Below, in pieces: positions 18,914 through 28,090 of a stretch of DNA of 64,000 nt; positions within the stretch are counted from its first letter, which is position 1, and each line of letters starts with the position of its first letter. The position numbers and the translations under genes are program-made. The notes below the pieces were generated by a model. The model did not search any database. It saw only the letters and a list, made by a program, of their open reading frames with translations, and was not told the origin of the DNA. The stretch covers positions 657 to 64,656 of the forward strand of contig CAWHLG010000004.1 in assembly GCA_963830015.1 (NCBI GenBank). Reading direction: 5' to 3'. The DNA is from an uncultured Alphaproteobacteria bacterium (GTDB lineage: Bacteria > Pseudomonadota > Alphaproteobacteria > Rhizobiales > Xanthobacteraceae).

Positions 18914-19885
18914 ATGAAGAAACTGCTCGGTGCAATCCTGCTCGCCACATGGGCGGCAGTTTCGACCGCCGCGGCGCAGAGCTATCCATCTCGCCCGGTG
19001 ACTCTACTCGTGCCGTTCCCGGCGGGCGGCGCGACCGACGTGCTGGCGCGGTTTCTCGCCGAGCGCATGCGGCTCAGCCTCGGCCAGCCGATCGTGATCG
19101 AGAACGTCGCGGGCGCGGCCGGCACCATCGGCGTCGGCCGCGCGGTGCGCGCGCCGGCCGACGGCTACACGATGCAGATCGGCACTTCGACCACCAACGT
19201 CATGACCGGGGCGCTTTACGCGCTGCAGTTCGACCTGATGACCGATCTCGAGCCGATCATCCAGATCGCCAGCGAGCCGATGATGATCGTCGGCAAGAAG
19301 GATTTTCCGGCAAATAACCTCAAGGAGATGATCGCCTGGCTCAAGGCCAATCCGGACAAGGCCTCGGTCGGCATACCCGGCGTCGGCGGCACCGGGCATC
19401 TCACGGGGCTTGCCTTCCAGAAGGAGACCGGCACCAGGTTTACGTTCGTGCCGTATCGCGGCAACGCGCCCGCGCTGCAGGACCTCGTCGCCGGCCAGAT
19501 CGATCTGCAGATGGAGCCCGCGTCGAACTTTTACGCGCAGGTGAAGGCAGGCGCGATCAAGCCGTTCGCGATGACGTCGAAAAAGCGCATTGGCGCGGCG
19601 CCGCAGATTCCGACCGCGGACGAGGCGGGCTTGCCGGGCTTCGCCGCATCGCTCTGGTATGGCATGTGGGTGCCGAAGGGCACGCCGAAGGAGGCGTCCA
19701 CGCGGCTGAATACGGTGATGATGGAAACGCTGGCCGATCCGACGGTGACGCGCAGGTTCCAGGAGCTCGGGCTGGACAAGCCAATGCGCGAGCAGCAGAC
19801 GCCGGAGGCGCTGCGCGCTTTTCAAAAAGCTGAAATCGACAAATGGTGGCCGATCATCAAGGCGCACAACATCAAGGGACAGTAG
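18914..19885 (+). CDS. Bug/TctC family substrate-binding protein (array member 6)
   Basis: VPFPAGGATD, ENVAGAAG, VPYRGNAP. Confidence 0.92.
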   Translation: MKKLLGAILLATWAAVSTAAAQSYPSRPVTLLVPFPAGGATDVLARFLAERMRLSLGQPIVIENVAGAAGTIGVGRAVRAPADGYTMQIGTSTTNVMTGALYALQFDLMTDLEPIIQIASEPMMIVGKKDFPANNLKEMIAWLKANPDKASVGIPGVGGTGHLTGLAFQKETGTRFTFVPYRGNAPALQDLVAGQIDLQMEPASNFYAQVKAGAIKPFAMTSKKRIGAAPQIPTADEAGLPGFAASLWYGMWVPKGTPKEASTRLNTVMMETLADPTVTRRFQELGLDKPMREQQTPEALRAFQKAEIDKWWPIIKAHNIKGQ

Positions 19886-19922
19886 CGGCAAAACGCTGCT
19901 GCCAGAAACGAAGGAAACAGGA

Positions 19923-20897
19923 GTGAAAATGAGAAGGGTATTCGTTGCGGCGCTGGCCGTTGTGGCATCGGCCGTATCGGCCAACGCGCAAGGGTTTCCG
20001 ACCAAGCCTGTCACCGTCGTGATCCCGCTCGCGGCCGGCGGCGCGGTCGATACCATGGTCCGCACCATGCTGGATTCGCTTCGCACGTCGCTCGGCCAGC
20101 CGATCCTGGTCGAGAACATGGGCGGCGCGGGCGGCACGACCGGCGTCAACCGCGTCGCGAAGGCGGCTCCCGACGGCTACACCATCAGCGTCGGCACCTG
20201 GGGCACCCATGTCGTCAACGCCTTCGTCTATTCGCCTCCCTACGATCTCGCCAAGGACTTCGAGCCGGTGGCGCTGCTGCCGAGCGTGCCGCACTGGTTC
20301 ATCGCGCGCAAAAACCTGCCGCCGACGGACATGAAGGGCCTCATCGCCTACATGAAGGAGAACGACGGCAAGGTGACCGCGGCTTCGGTCGGCGCGGGCG
20401 GCAGTTCCGCGGTCTGCGCCTACTATCTCGGCAAGCTCACCGGCACCAAGACCACGCTGGTGCCGTATCGTGGCGGCGCGCCGGCGTTGCAGGACATCGT
20501 CGCCGGCAATGTCGACACCATGTGCGACCTCGCGGCGAATTCGCTGTCGCAGGTCAAGGCCGGCAACATCAAGGCCTATGCGGTGACGGCGAAGAAGCGC
20601 TGGTTTGCCGCGCCGGAGGTGCCGACGGTCTACGAGGCGGGCGCTCCGGGCGTCGAGGTGACAAACTGGCTCGCCGCCTACGCGCCCAAGGACACGCCGA
20701 AGGACATCGTCGACAAGCTCAACGCGGCGTTCCGGACCGCGATGGCGGATCCCGCGGTCGCCAAGCGGATCGCCGACATGGGCCTGGAGATCCCGCCGCC
20801 CGAGCAGCAGACGCAAGCGGCGTTTGCGGTTTACCTCAAGGCCGAACTGGAGAAATGGGGCGCGGTGGTCCGCGAGTCCGGCATCAAATCGCAATGA
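19923..20897 (+). CDS. Bug/TctC family substrate-binding protein (array member 7)
   Basis: IPLAAGGAVD, ENMGGAGG, VPYRGGAP. Confidence 0.92.
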   Translation: MKMRRVFVAALAVVASAVSANAQGFPTKPVTVVIPLAAGGAVDTMVRTMLDSLRTSLGQPILVENMGGAGGTTGVNRVAKAAPDGYTISVGTWGTHVVNAFVYSPPYDLAKDFEPVALLPSVPHWFIARKNLPPTDMKGLIAYMKENDGKVTAASVGAGGSSAVCAYYLGKLTGTKTTLVPYRGGAPALQDIVAGNVDTMCDLAANSLSQVKAGNIKAYAVTAKKRWFAAPEVPTVYEAGAPGVEVTNWLAAYAPKDTPKDIVDKLNAAFRTAMADPAVAKRIADMGLEIPPPEQQTQAAFAVYLKAELEKWGAVVRESGIKSQ

Positions 20898-21034
20898 TGC
20901 CAGCGACATTGCCGCCGGGTGCGGCGCTGTGTCCGTGTGCCATGAGGCAGGTCTGTCAGCATTGCTGACTTTTCGGCCTCCTTCCGCCCGGCCATTGTTC
21001 CCGGCGGGGGAAACATGAAAAAGCGGGGAATTTC

Positions 21035-22009
21035 ATGAGAATGCCGACTGCCGTCATTACCTTCGCTCTCGCGCTGGCCAGCATCGCGGGAGCTTCAGCG
21101 GACAACTATCCGTCGAAGCAGGTCACGATCGTCGTTCCGTTCCCGGCGGGCGGTCCGACCGACACGGTCGCGCGAATACTCGCCGATCACTTGAAGGATA
21201 CGCTCGGCCAGCCGATGCTGGTCGAGAATGTGACCGGCGCGGGAGCGACCATCGGGCTCGGCCGCGTCGCCGCCGCCGCGCCGGATGGCTATACGATCAT
21301 CGTCGGCAACTGGTCCGCGTTTGTCGGGTCGCCCGCGATCTATCCGGTTTCCTGGAACCCGCTGAACGATTTCGAGCCGGTCGTGCGGTTGCCGGTTTCC
21401 TCGCTCATGATCGTCGGCAAGACGGGGCTGCCGGCCAACAATGCCAAGGAACTGATCGCCTGGCTGAAGGCGAACCCGGGCAAGGCCACGGCCGCCAGTG
21501 TCGGCGCAGGCTCCGGCGCACATGTCTGCGGCCTTTACTTCATGGACAAGACGCAGACCAATTTCATCTTCGCGCAGTACCGCGGCGGAGCTCCCGCGAT
21601 GCAGGATCTGATCGGCAACCAGATCGACCTGATGTGCGCGGAAGCCTCCCAGACACTCGCCCACGTGCGCGGTGGCAAGATGAAGGCCTTCGCGGTGATG
21701 TCGAAGAACCGGTGGAAGCCGTTGCCTGACGTTCCGACGATGGAAGACGTCGGCGTGACCGGCATGAACATCGAGTTCTGGCACGGTTTGTGGGCGCCGA
21801 AGGGCACGCCCAAAGAGGTCGTCGCCAAGCTCAATGCCGCGGCGGTCAAGGCGCTCGACGATCCCGCCGTGCAGAAGCGGATCGAAGCGCTTGGCATGAC
21901 CGCCCCCACGAAGGCGGAGCAGACGCCGAAGTCGCTGTACGACTACCACAAGGCCGAGCTGGACAAGTGGTGGCCGATCATCAAGGCGGCCGGAATCAAG
22001 ATCAATTAG
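21035..22009 (+). CDS. Bug/TctC family substrate-binding protein (array member 8)
   Basis: VPFPAGGPTD, ENVTGAG, AQYRGGAP. Confidence 0.92.
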   Translation: MRMPTAVITFALALASIAGASADNYPSKQVTIVVPFPAGGPTDTVARILADHLKDTLGQPMLVENVTGAGATIGLGRVAAAAPDGYTIIVGNWSAFVGSPAIYPVSWNPLNDFEPVVRLPVSSLMIVGKTGLPANNAKELIAWLKANPGKATAASVGAGSGAHVCGLYFMDKTQTNFIFAQYRGGAPAMQDLIGNQIDLMCAEASQTLAHVRGGKMKAFAVMSKNRWKPLPDVPTMEDVGVTGMNIEFWHGLWAPKGTPKEVVAKLNAAAVKALDDPAVQKRIEALGMTAPTKAEQTPKSLYDYHKAELDKWWPIIKAAGIKIN

Positions 22010-22112
22010 CGAAGCCGCTTTTCATTTCCTCCCTGCAGCCATGCGCCCGGCCGCCTTTTAGGTTGCCAGGGCGCATGCGATGCTTTCGGCAATCAAAAAC
22101 GGGAGGACGTCG

Positions 22113-23117
22113 ATGAACTGGAAATGGGTGCCGTTCCTGGTGGCGTGTGCGGTTGCGCTCGGCGGCACCGTGAATGCGCAGGCGCAGGGTTTTCCGAACA
22201 AGCCGGTCACCGTCATCGTGCCGTTCGCGGCCGGCGGCATCACCGACATCGTCGCCCGCGTGGTCTCCGAGCGGATGAAGACCTCGCTGGGCCAGCCGGT
22301 GATCGTCGAGAACGTCGGCGGCGCCGGCGGGACCATCGGCATCTCGCGGCTTCACCGCGCGCCGGCGGACGGCTACACGCTGATCGTCGGGCAGTGGACC
22401 TCGCATGTCGGCGGCAGCGTGATGTATTCGATGCCGTTCGACTTCGTCGAGGACTTCCAGCCGCTTTCGCTGCTGTCGATCGGGCCGCTCTGGATCATCG
22501 GCAACAAGGATCTGCCGCCGAAGGACCTGAAGGAGCTGATCGGCTGGCTCAAGGCCAATCCGAGCCGCGGCGCGACCGGCACAACCGGCGTCGGCGGCGG
22601 CATCCACATGTGCATGGTCTATTTCCAGAACAACACCGGCACCAAATTCCCGCTGGTGCCGTATCGCGGGGCGGCGCCGATCATGCAGGACCTCTTGGCC
22701 GGCCAGATCGACCTGTCTTGTCCGGAGGCCGGTCAGACCCTGCCGCAATATCGCGCCGGCACGATCAAGGCCTACGCGGTGCTGCAGAACAAGCGCTGGT
22801 TCGCCGCGCCCGACGTGCCGACCATCGACGAAGCCGGCGTGCCGGGCCTGCACTTTCCGTTCTGGCACGGCCTATGGACGGTCAAGGGCACGCCGAAGGA
22901 GGCGGTCGACAAGCTCAACGGCGCGGTCGCCGACGCGCTGGCCGACCCGGCGGTGCGCCAGAAGCTGGTCGAACTGGGCCACGAGGTTGCGGCGAAAGAG
23001 CAGCAGGGGCCGGCGGCGCTGCGCGCCTACCACAAGGCCGACATCGACAAATGGGCGCCGATGATCAAGGCGGCGAACGCGGCCGCCGGAACCGGGGCGC
23101 CGGCCAATCCGCGCTGA
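22113..23117 (+). CDS. Bug/TctC family substrate-binding protein (array member 9)
   Basis: VPFAAGGITD, ENVGGAGG, VPYRGAAP. Confidence 0.92.
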   Translation: MNWKWVPFLVACAVALGGTVNAQAQGFPNKPVTVIVPFAAGGITDIVARVVSERMKTSLGQPVIVENVGGAGGTIGISRLHRAPADGYTLIVGQWTSHVGGSVMYSMPFDFVEDFQPLSLLSIGPLWIIGNKDLPPKDLKELIGWLKANPSRGATGTTGVGGGIHMCMVYFQNNTGTKFPLVPYRGAAPIMQDLLAGQIDLSCPEAGQTLPQYRAGTIKAYAVLQNKRWFAAPDVPTIDEAGVPGLHFPFWHGLWTVKGTPKEAVDKLNGAVADALADPAVRQKLVELGHEVAAKEQQGPAALRAYHKADIDKWAPMIKAANAAAGTGAPANPR

Positions 23118-23275
23118 AAACCAAAGGCACTCCAAAAAACTAAGGCCCTTGGCCGCCGCAAACAACGCACGGCGTCCAAGGGCGCTTGGGACTACAAACT
23201 GCAACACAACTCGACGCTACGGCGCCGTCATCCGATACGCGACGCGGATTCGGCTGCTCCCGCGCGGGCGTCCTG

Positions 23276-23554
23276 TTATTCGCCTCGCGTACGCACTTTG
23301 TCGTTCACCATGCCGGCGGTCAACGCGCCCATGCAGGCGATGACAAGCCCGACGAACACGGCAAGTGCGAGCTTGCCGCCGCTTCCGCCAGCCATCGGCG
23401 CAAGCGTGTCGGCACGGGCGATGCCGATCGAAACAGCCGTTGCCGCAACCACAAGGGAAACCACAAGCGACAACGTGGCGACAATCACCGGCAGTCCTGC
23501 AAACTCATGACGCTGACGCGAACGTTCGATCAATTCTCTGGTCATCGGTCTCAA
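23276..23554 (-). CDS. Small hypothetical membrane protein (2 TM)
   Basis: 92 aa ORF with two hydrophobic segments, filling the gap between Bug genes on the opposite strand. Confidence 0.6.
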   Translation of the reverse strand: MRPMTRELIERSRQRHEFAGLPVIVATLSLVVSLVVAATAVSIGIARADTLAPMAGGSGGKLALAVFVGLVIACMGALTAGMVNDKVRTRGE

Positions 23555-23659
23555 TCCCGCGAATCACTTCTGCAACGAATATGGCGGCGGATGCGGGCGC
23601 GGGTTCGTCCGGACTTGGGCGGCCGTTTTGGCAAAACCGGGCGGATGTGTGGCGGACGG

Positions 23660-23674
23660 TTAACGAAAGCTTAA
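23660..23674. promoter_or_regulatory. Candidate CtrA binding site
   Basis: TTAA-CGAAAGC-TTAA matches TTAA-N7-TTAA, in the divergent intergenic region. Confidence 0.55.
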
Positions 23675-23750
23675 AGTCTGCTATCTTTCCTCGGACGTGG
23701 CGGCAAAGACACACAAGCCCATGCACCAGCCACGCCGTTGGGAGGACTCG

Positions 23751-24737
23751 ATGAATTCGCTTCCGGGCCTTTGGGCCGCGTTCTCACTTGTCTTTGGCAC
23801 GTTCGCTTTTGTCGATTCCGCCGCGGCGCAGTCCGGCTATCCCGACAAGCCGATCAAGATTCTGGTCGGCTTCTCGCCGGGCGTCGCGCCGGACGTGACC
23901 TCGCGGCTGTTCGCCGACAAGTTCAACGAGACCTGGGCCAAGGGCGTGGTGGTCGAGAACGTGTCCGGCGCGGGCGGCAATCTCGCGGTCGCGCTCACCG
24001 CCAAGGCGCAGCCGGACGGCTACAGCCTGGTGATGGGCGGCAACGCGGCAATCGTCATCAATCCGAACCTGATCGACAAGCTCGGCTACGACCCGTTGAA
24101 GGATTTCACCTACATCACCCAGGTCTTCATCGTGCCGAACATCATGGTGGTGACGCCGGACGTGCCGGCCAAGACCGTCCAGGAGGTGATCGCGCTCGCC
24201 AAGGCCAAGCCGGATTACTTCATCGCCGGCCACGCCGGCGTCGGCACCTCGCAGCATCTCGCCGGCGAGCTGTTCATGAAGATGACCGGCACCAAGCTCC
24301 AGCAGGTGCCGTATCGCGGCACGACGGCGATCCTGCCCGACCTTCTGGGCGGCCGGCTCAACATCTTCTTCGGCAATATCTCCAACCTGCTGCCGCTCAT
24401 TCGCGAGGGCAAGCTCCGCGCCTTCGGCATCACCTCGCGCAAGCGCTCGCCGCAGATTCCCGACCTGCCGACCATGGAAGAGCTCGGCTTTCCGGGCTTC
24501 GACGCCACCGCCTGGTTCGGCCTGATGGCGCCGGCCGGCACCCCGAAGCCGATCGTCGACAAGCTGCACGCCGAGACCGTGAAGGTGCTGGCCATGCCGG
24601 ACGTGCGGGGCAAGCTCGAGGGCCTCGGCCTGCAACTCGTCGGCAACACGCCCGCGGAATTCACCGACATCGTCAAGACCGAGATGCCGATGTGGGGCAA
24701 GGTCATCAAGGACGCTGGAATCAAGATGCCCCAGTAA
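23751..24737 (+). CDS. Bug/TctC family substrate-binding protein
   Basis: VGFSPGVAPD, ENVSGAGG, PDGY, VPYRG. Confidence 0.92.
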   Translation: MNSLPGLWAAFSLVFGTFAFVDSAAAQSGYPDKPIKILVGFSPGVAPDVTSRLFADKFNETWAKGVVVENVSGAGGNLAVALTAKAQPDGYSLVMGGNAAIVINPNLIDKLGYDPLKDFTYITQVFIVPNIMVVTPDVPAKTVQEVIALAKAKPDYFIAGHAGVGTSQHLAGELFMKMTGTKLQQVPYRGTTAILPDLLGGRLNIFFGNISNLLPLIREGKLRAFGITSRKRSPQIPDLPTMEELGFPGFDATAWFGLMAPAGTPKPIVDKLHAETVKVLAMPDVRGKLEGLGLQLVGNTPAEFTDIVKTEMPMWGKVIKDAGIKMPQ

Positions 24738-24765
24738 CACTCACATCAAGCGGCGGGAGGAACTG

Positions 24766-25743
24766 ATGATCCGGGCATGGCAGAGGCGAACCTGGCTGGC
24801 CGCTGCGGCGGTGGTTTTGAGTGCGGCGTCCGCGTTCGCGCAGGCGACCTATCCCGACAAGCCAGTGCGCTTCATCGTCGGCTTCACCGCGGGCAGCGCG
24901 ACCGACATCACGGCGAGGCTGTTCGCCCAGAAGTTCGCCGAAGCCTGGAACGTGCCGGTCACGGTCGAGAACGTGCCCGGCGCGGGCGGCAGCGTCGGCG
25001 GCGACCGCGTGGCGAAATCAGCGCCCGACGGCACGACGTTCTACTGGGGCGCCAACGGCGCACTGACGATCAATCCGACGCTGTTGCCGAACCAGACCTA
25101 CGACGTGGTGCGCGATCTCACCCCGGTCGCGCGGCTCCTCATCATGCCGAGCATCCTCGCGGTCAACAACGACGTGCCGGCGAAGACCTATGCCGAGCTG
25201 ATCGCGCTCGCCAAGGCGCAGCCCGGCAAGCTGTCGATCGCCAGCCCCGGCGTCGGCACGCCGCAGCACATCGCCAGCGAAATGCTCAAGCGCATGGCCG
25301 GCGTCGATATCGTCCACGTGCCCTATCGCGGCGCGATCTTCACCGACGTGATCGGCGGCCGGGTGACGATGACGCTGCAGAACGTCGGCGCGATCCTGTC
25401 GGTGGTGAAGCAGGGCCAGCTGCGCGGGGTGGCGGTCACCTCGCTGAAGCGCTCCTCGGTCCTGCCGGACCTGCCGACCGTCGCCGAATCCGGCCTGCAA
25501 GGCTTCGAGGCGATCTCCTGGTTCGGCCTGATGGCGCCGGCCGGCACGCCTGCCGCGATCGTCGACAAGGCCTACAAGCAGGCGGCGCTGATCGTCGCCA
25601 GCGCGGAGATGAAGGAAAAGCTCGCGCAGCTCGGGCTCGACACCACCAGCGACGCGCCGCAGGCGTTCGGCGACATCATCAAGGCGGACATCGCCAAGTG
25701 GGCGAAGGTGATCAAGGACGCCAATATCAAGACCGAGAACTGA
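24766..25743 (+). CDS. Bug/TctC family substrate-binding protein
   Basis: VGFTAGSATD, ENVPGAGG, VPYRG. Confidence 0.92.
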   Translation: MIRAWQRRTWLAAAAVVLSAASAFAQATYPDKPVRFIVGFTAGSATDITARLFAQKFAEAWNVPVTVENVPGAGGSVGGDRVAKSAPDGTTFYWGANGALTINPTLLPNQTYDVVRDLTPVARLLIMPSILAVNNDVPAKTYAELIALAKAQPGKLSIASPGVGTPQHIASEMLKRMAGVDIVHVPYRGAIFTDVIGGRVTMTLQNVGAILSVVKQGQLRGVAVTSLKRSSVLPDLPTVAESGLQGFEAISWFGLMAPAGTPAAIVDKAYKQAALIVASAEMKEKLAQLGLDTTSDAPQAFGDIIKADIAKWAKVIKDANIKTEN

Positions 25744-25761
25744 CAGCGCTTTCCGGCGGCG

Positions 25762-26391
25762 CTACTGCGCTGCGGCCATCACCGGCTGCTGGTGCATCGC
25801 GACGTGCCCGGGCTGGTCGGCGACGCGGCGCAGCCAGGCGCGGACGGCCGGGAACGGCGACAGATCAAGTCGCACTCGTGCGCCAGATGCGTATAGGCGT
25901 AGAGCGCGACGTCGGCGATGGTGTATCGGCCCGCGGCGAAGAAATCGCGCTTCGAAAGATGCCGTTCCATCACGCCGAGCGCGCGGTGGCCTTCCTGCAT
26001 CCAGTCCTCGAGCGCGTGCTGCTGCAGGTCGCGCCCGCCCTTCACCAGCGTCAGCCAGAAGTACGCGGCGCCGATGTTCGGCTCCAGACTGTGCTGCTCG
26101 AAGAACATCCATTGCAGCATTTCGGCGCGGTCGGCGCGGTCGTCCGGCACCAGCGGGGTGTGGCCCGCGACGTACCACAGGATCGCGTTCGAACTCGGCA
26201 ATGTGCCGGCCGGGCGTGACCTCGAGCAGCGGCACATGGCCGCTCGGATTCATCAGCAGAAATTCCGGCGTGCGGGTCTCGCCCTTGAGAATGTCGATCT
26301 CGACCAGCTCATGCGCGATGTCGAGCTGTGCGAGCGCGAGACGGACCTTGTAGCAATTGCCGGAGCGACGCATGGAATAGAGCGTGTACAT
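25762..26391 (-). CDS. Glutathione S-transferase (two compensating frameshifts, ~26193 and ~25868)
   Basis: SGNCYKVRL, NPSGHVP, restored ESNAILWY motif, WMFFEQ, YTIADVALYAYTH. Confidence 0.88.
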   Translation of the reverse strand: MYTLYSMRRSGNCYKVRLALAQLDIAHELVEIDILKGETRTPEFLLMNPSGHVPLLEVTPGRHIAEFERDPVVRRGPHPAGAGRPRRPRRNAAMDVLRAAQSGAEHRRRVLLADAGEGRARPAAARARGLDAGRPPRARRDGTASFEARFLRRGPIHHRRRRALRLYASGARVRLDLSPFPAVRAWLRRVADQPGHVAMHQQPVMAAAQ

Positions 26392-26631
26392 GCATCCTCC
26401 CCGGTTCGCGGCGTCATTGCCTTTCGCGATTAAGAGGCAAAGCGCGGCGATTGCAAGGCCGGTGGATGACGGCGACATGAAAAAGGACAACGCGTGCGCC
26501 GCAACATTCAAATGAAAGAAATTTAACTCCGCGGCAAGGACGTTGCGGAATTTCTTTGCGATTGTTTGATGCGGCGCAGCGAAGCGCGATGTTCGCGCGC
26601 TCGCGGAAATTTAACGGGATGGACTTGTGGC

Positions 26632-27039
26632 TTACGGCGCGGGAGAGGCGAGCGGCTTGCCCTTCTCGACGACGTAAGTGGCGATGACTTTTGCGCCGCT
26701 CGCTCCGGTCTTGGCGTCGTGCACTGCACCGGGCGCAATCTTGTAGGATTCGCCCTTCTTGACCACGAGAGGCGGCTGGCCGTCGACCAGAAGCGTCATC
26801 TCGCCGTCGAGCATGAAGCCCGATTCCGGTCCCGGATGCGTGTGCTTGCCGATGTTCACGTTCGGCACGATTTCGGCCATGCCGATCACGGTTTCGTAGT
26901 TGGTGCCGGGCACGTCGAATTTCTGCAGCGGCGTGCGCTTGATGGTCTGGGTCTGCGTGGCGGCGGCGGGAAGCTGCTGGGCATGAGCGGCGCCGGCAAC
27001 GGCAAGGGCAACAATAACCACAACAAACGAACGTAACAT
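26632..27039 (-). CDS. Secreted cupin-domain protein
   Basis: Signal peptide, HTHPGPE...G...HDA cupin motifs. Confidence 0.88.
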   Translation of the reverse strand: MLRSFVVVIVALAVAGAAHAQQLPAAATQTQTIKRTPLQKFDVPGTNYETVIGMAEIVPNVNIGKHTHPGPESGFMLDGEMTLLVDGQPPLVVKKGESYKIAPGAVHDAKTGASGAKVIATYVVEKGKPLASPAP

Positions 27040-27117
27040 TCGAACCTCCCCAAAACTGTTTGTCTTGCCGACAAGTCTAGGGGCCGCGTCGGCACGACAC
27101 AATCGAGGCGGCAGCGT

Positions 27118-28086
27118 CTATTCCGCGACGACACCAGCCGTTTTAATCACGGCAGCCCATTTGCCGATCTCGCTGGGCAGCCAACCCGCGATGTCGGCGG
27201 GCGAGCGCAGCCACAGCTTCATGCCCTGCGTTGCGATGGCATCCCTTGCGGCTTCGGTTTCCAGGCCCGCGACGATCGCGCGGTGCAGCCGGTCGACCGC
27301 CGCGGTCGGCGTCCTGGCCGGCGCGAACAGCGCGAACCAGGCATCGGCCTCGACGCCGGAAATTCCCGCTTCCGCAAGCGTCGGCACGTTCGGCAGCCGC
27401 GCCGCGCGCTTGCCGCTGGCGACCGCGAGCGCGCGGATGACGCCGGCATCGATGTGGCTCACGACGCCCGGCAGCGTCGCGAAGGTCACGTCGATGCGGC
27501 CCGCGAGCAGTTCGGTGGTCATCGGCGCTGCGCCGCGGAACGGAATGTGCTGAAGCTCGATGCCCGCCCGGGTCTTGAACAGCTCGGCTGCGAGGTGCGA
27601 GGCAGAGCCGACGCCGGTCGAAGCGTAGTTCAGCGCGCCGGGCGATTTCTTCGCCAGCGCCACCAGTTCGGCGGCGCTTGCCACCTCCAGCCCGCGCCGC
27701 ACCACCAGCACATGCGGGATCTCGGCGATGCCCGCGACCGGCACGAAGTCCTTCACCGCGTCGTAAGGGCAGTTCTTCAACAGGCTCTGGTTGGTGGCAT
27801 GGGTCTGGTTGGTGCCGAGAATGAGCGTATGGCCATCCGGCTCGGCATGCTGCACCGCGACGCTGCCGATCACGCCCGCGCCGCCGCCGCGATTGTCCAC
27901 CGCAAACGGCTGGCCGAGCCGGTCGCCGACCGATTGCGCGATCAGCCGTGCGGTGATGTCGACCGGTCCGCCGGACGGATAGGGCACGATGATGGTGACC
28001 GGACGGCTCGGAAAAGCCTGCGCGCGGGCTCCGCGAATAGCGGCAAGCCCGGCCAGCGCCGTCAACGCCGCTCGCCTCGTGATCAT
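27118..28086 (-). CDS. Bug/TctC family substrate-binding protein
   Basis: VPYPSGGPVD, DNRGGGAG, IPFRGAAP. N-terminal TRR may be a Tat signal. Confidence 0.92.
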   Translation of the reverse strand: MITRRAALTALAGLAAIRGARAQAFPSRPVTIIVPYPSGGPVDITARLIAQSVGDRLGQPFAVDNRGGGAGVIGSVAVQHAEPDGHTLILGTNQTHATNQSLLKNCPYDAVKDFVPVAGIAEIPHVLVVRRGLEVASAAELVALAKKSPGALNYASTGVGSASHLAAELFKTRAGIELQHIPFRGAAPMTTELLAGRIDVTFATLPGVVSHIDAGVIRALAVASGKRAARLPNVPTLAEAGISGVEADAWFALFAPARTPTAAVDRLHRAIVAGLETEAARDAIATQGMKLWLRSPADIAGWLPSEIGKWAAVIKTAGVVAE

Positions 28087-28090
28087 GCGG

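Noticed and set aside
13745-25743. CRISPR array or DNA-level tandem repeat
   Set aside because: The periodicity comes from ~1-kb paralogous CDSs. No short repeat-spacer pattern was seen anywhere in the window.
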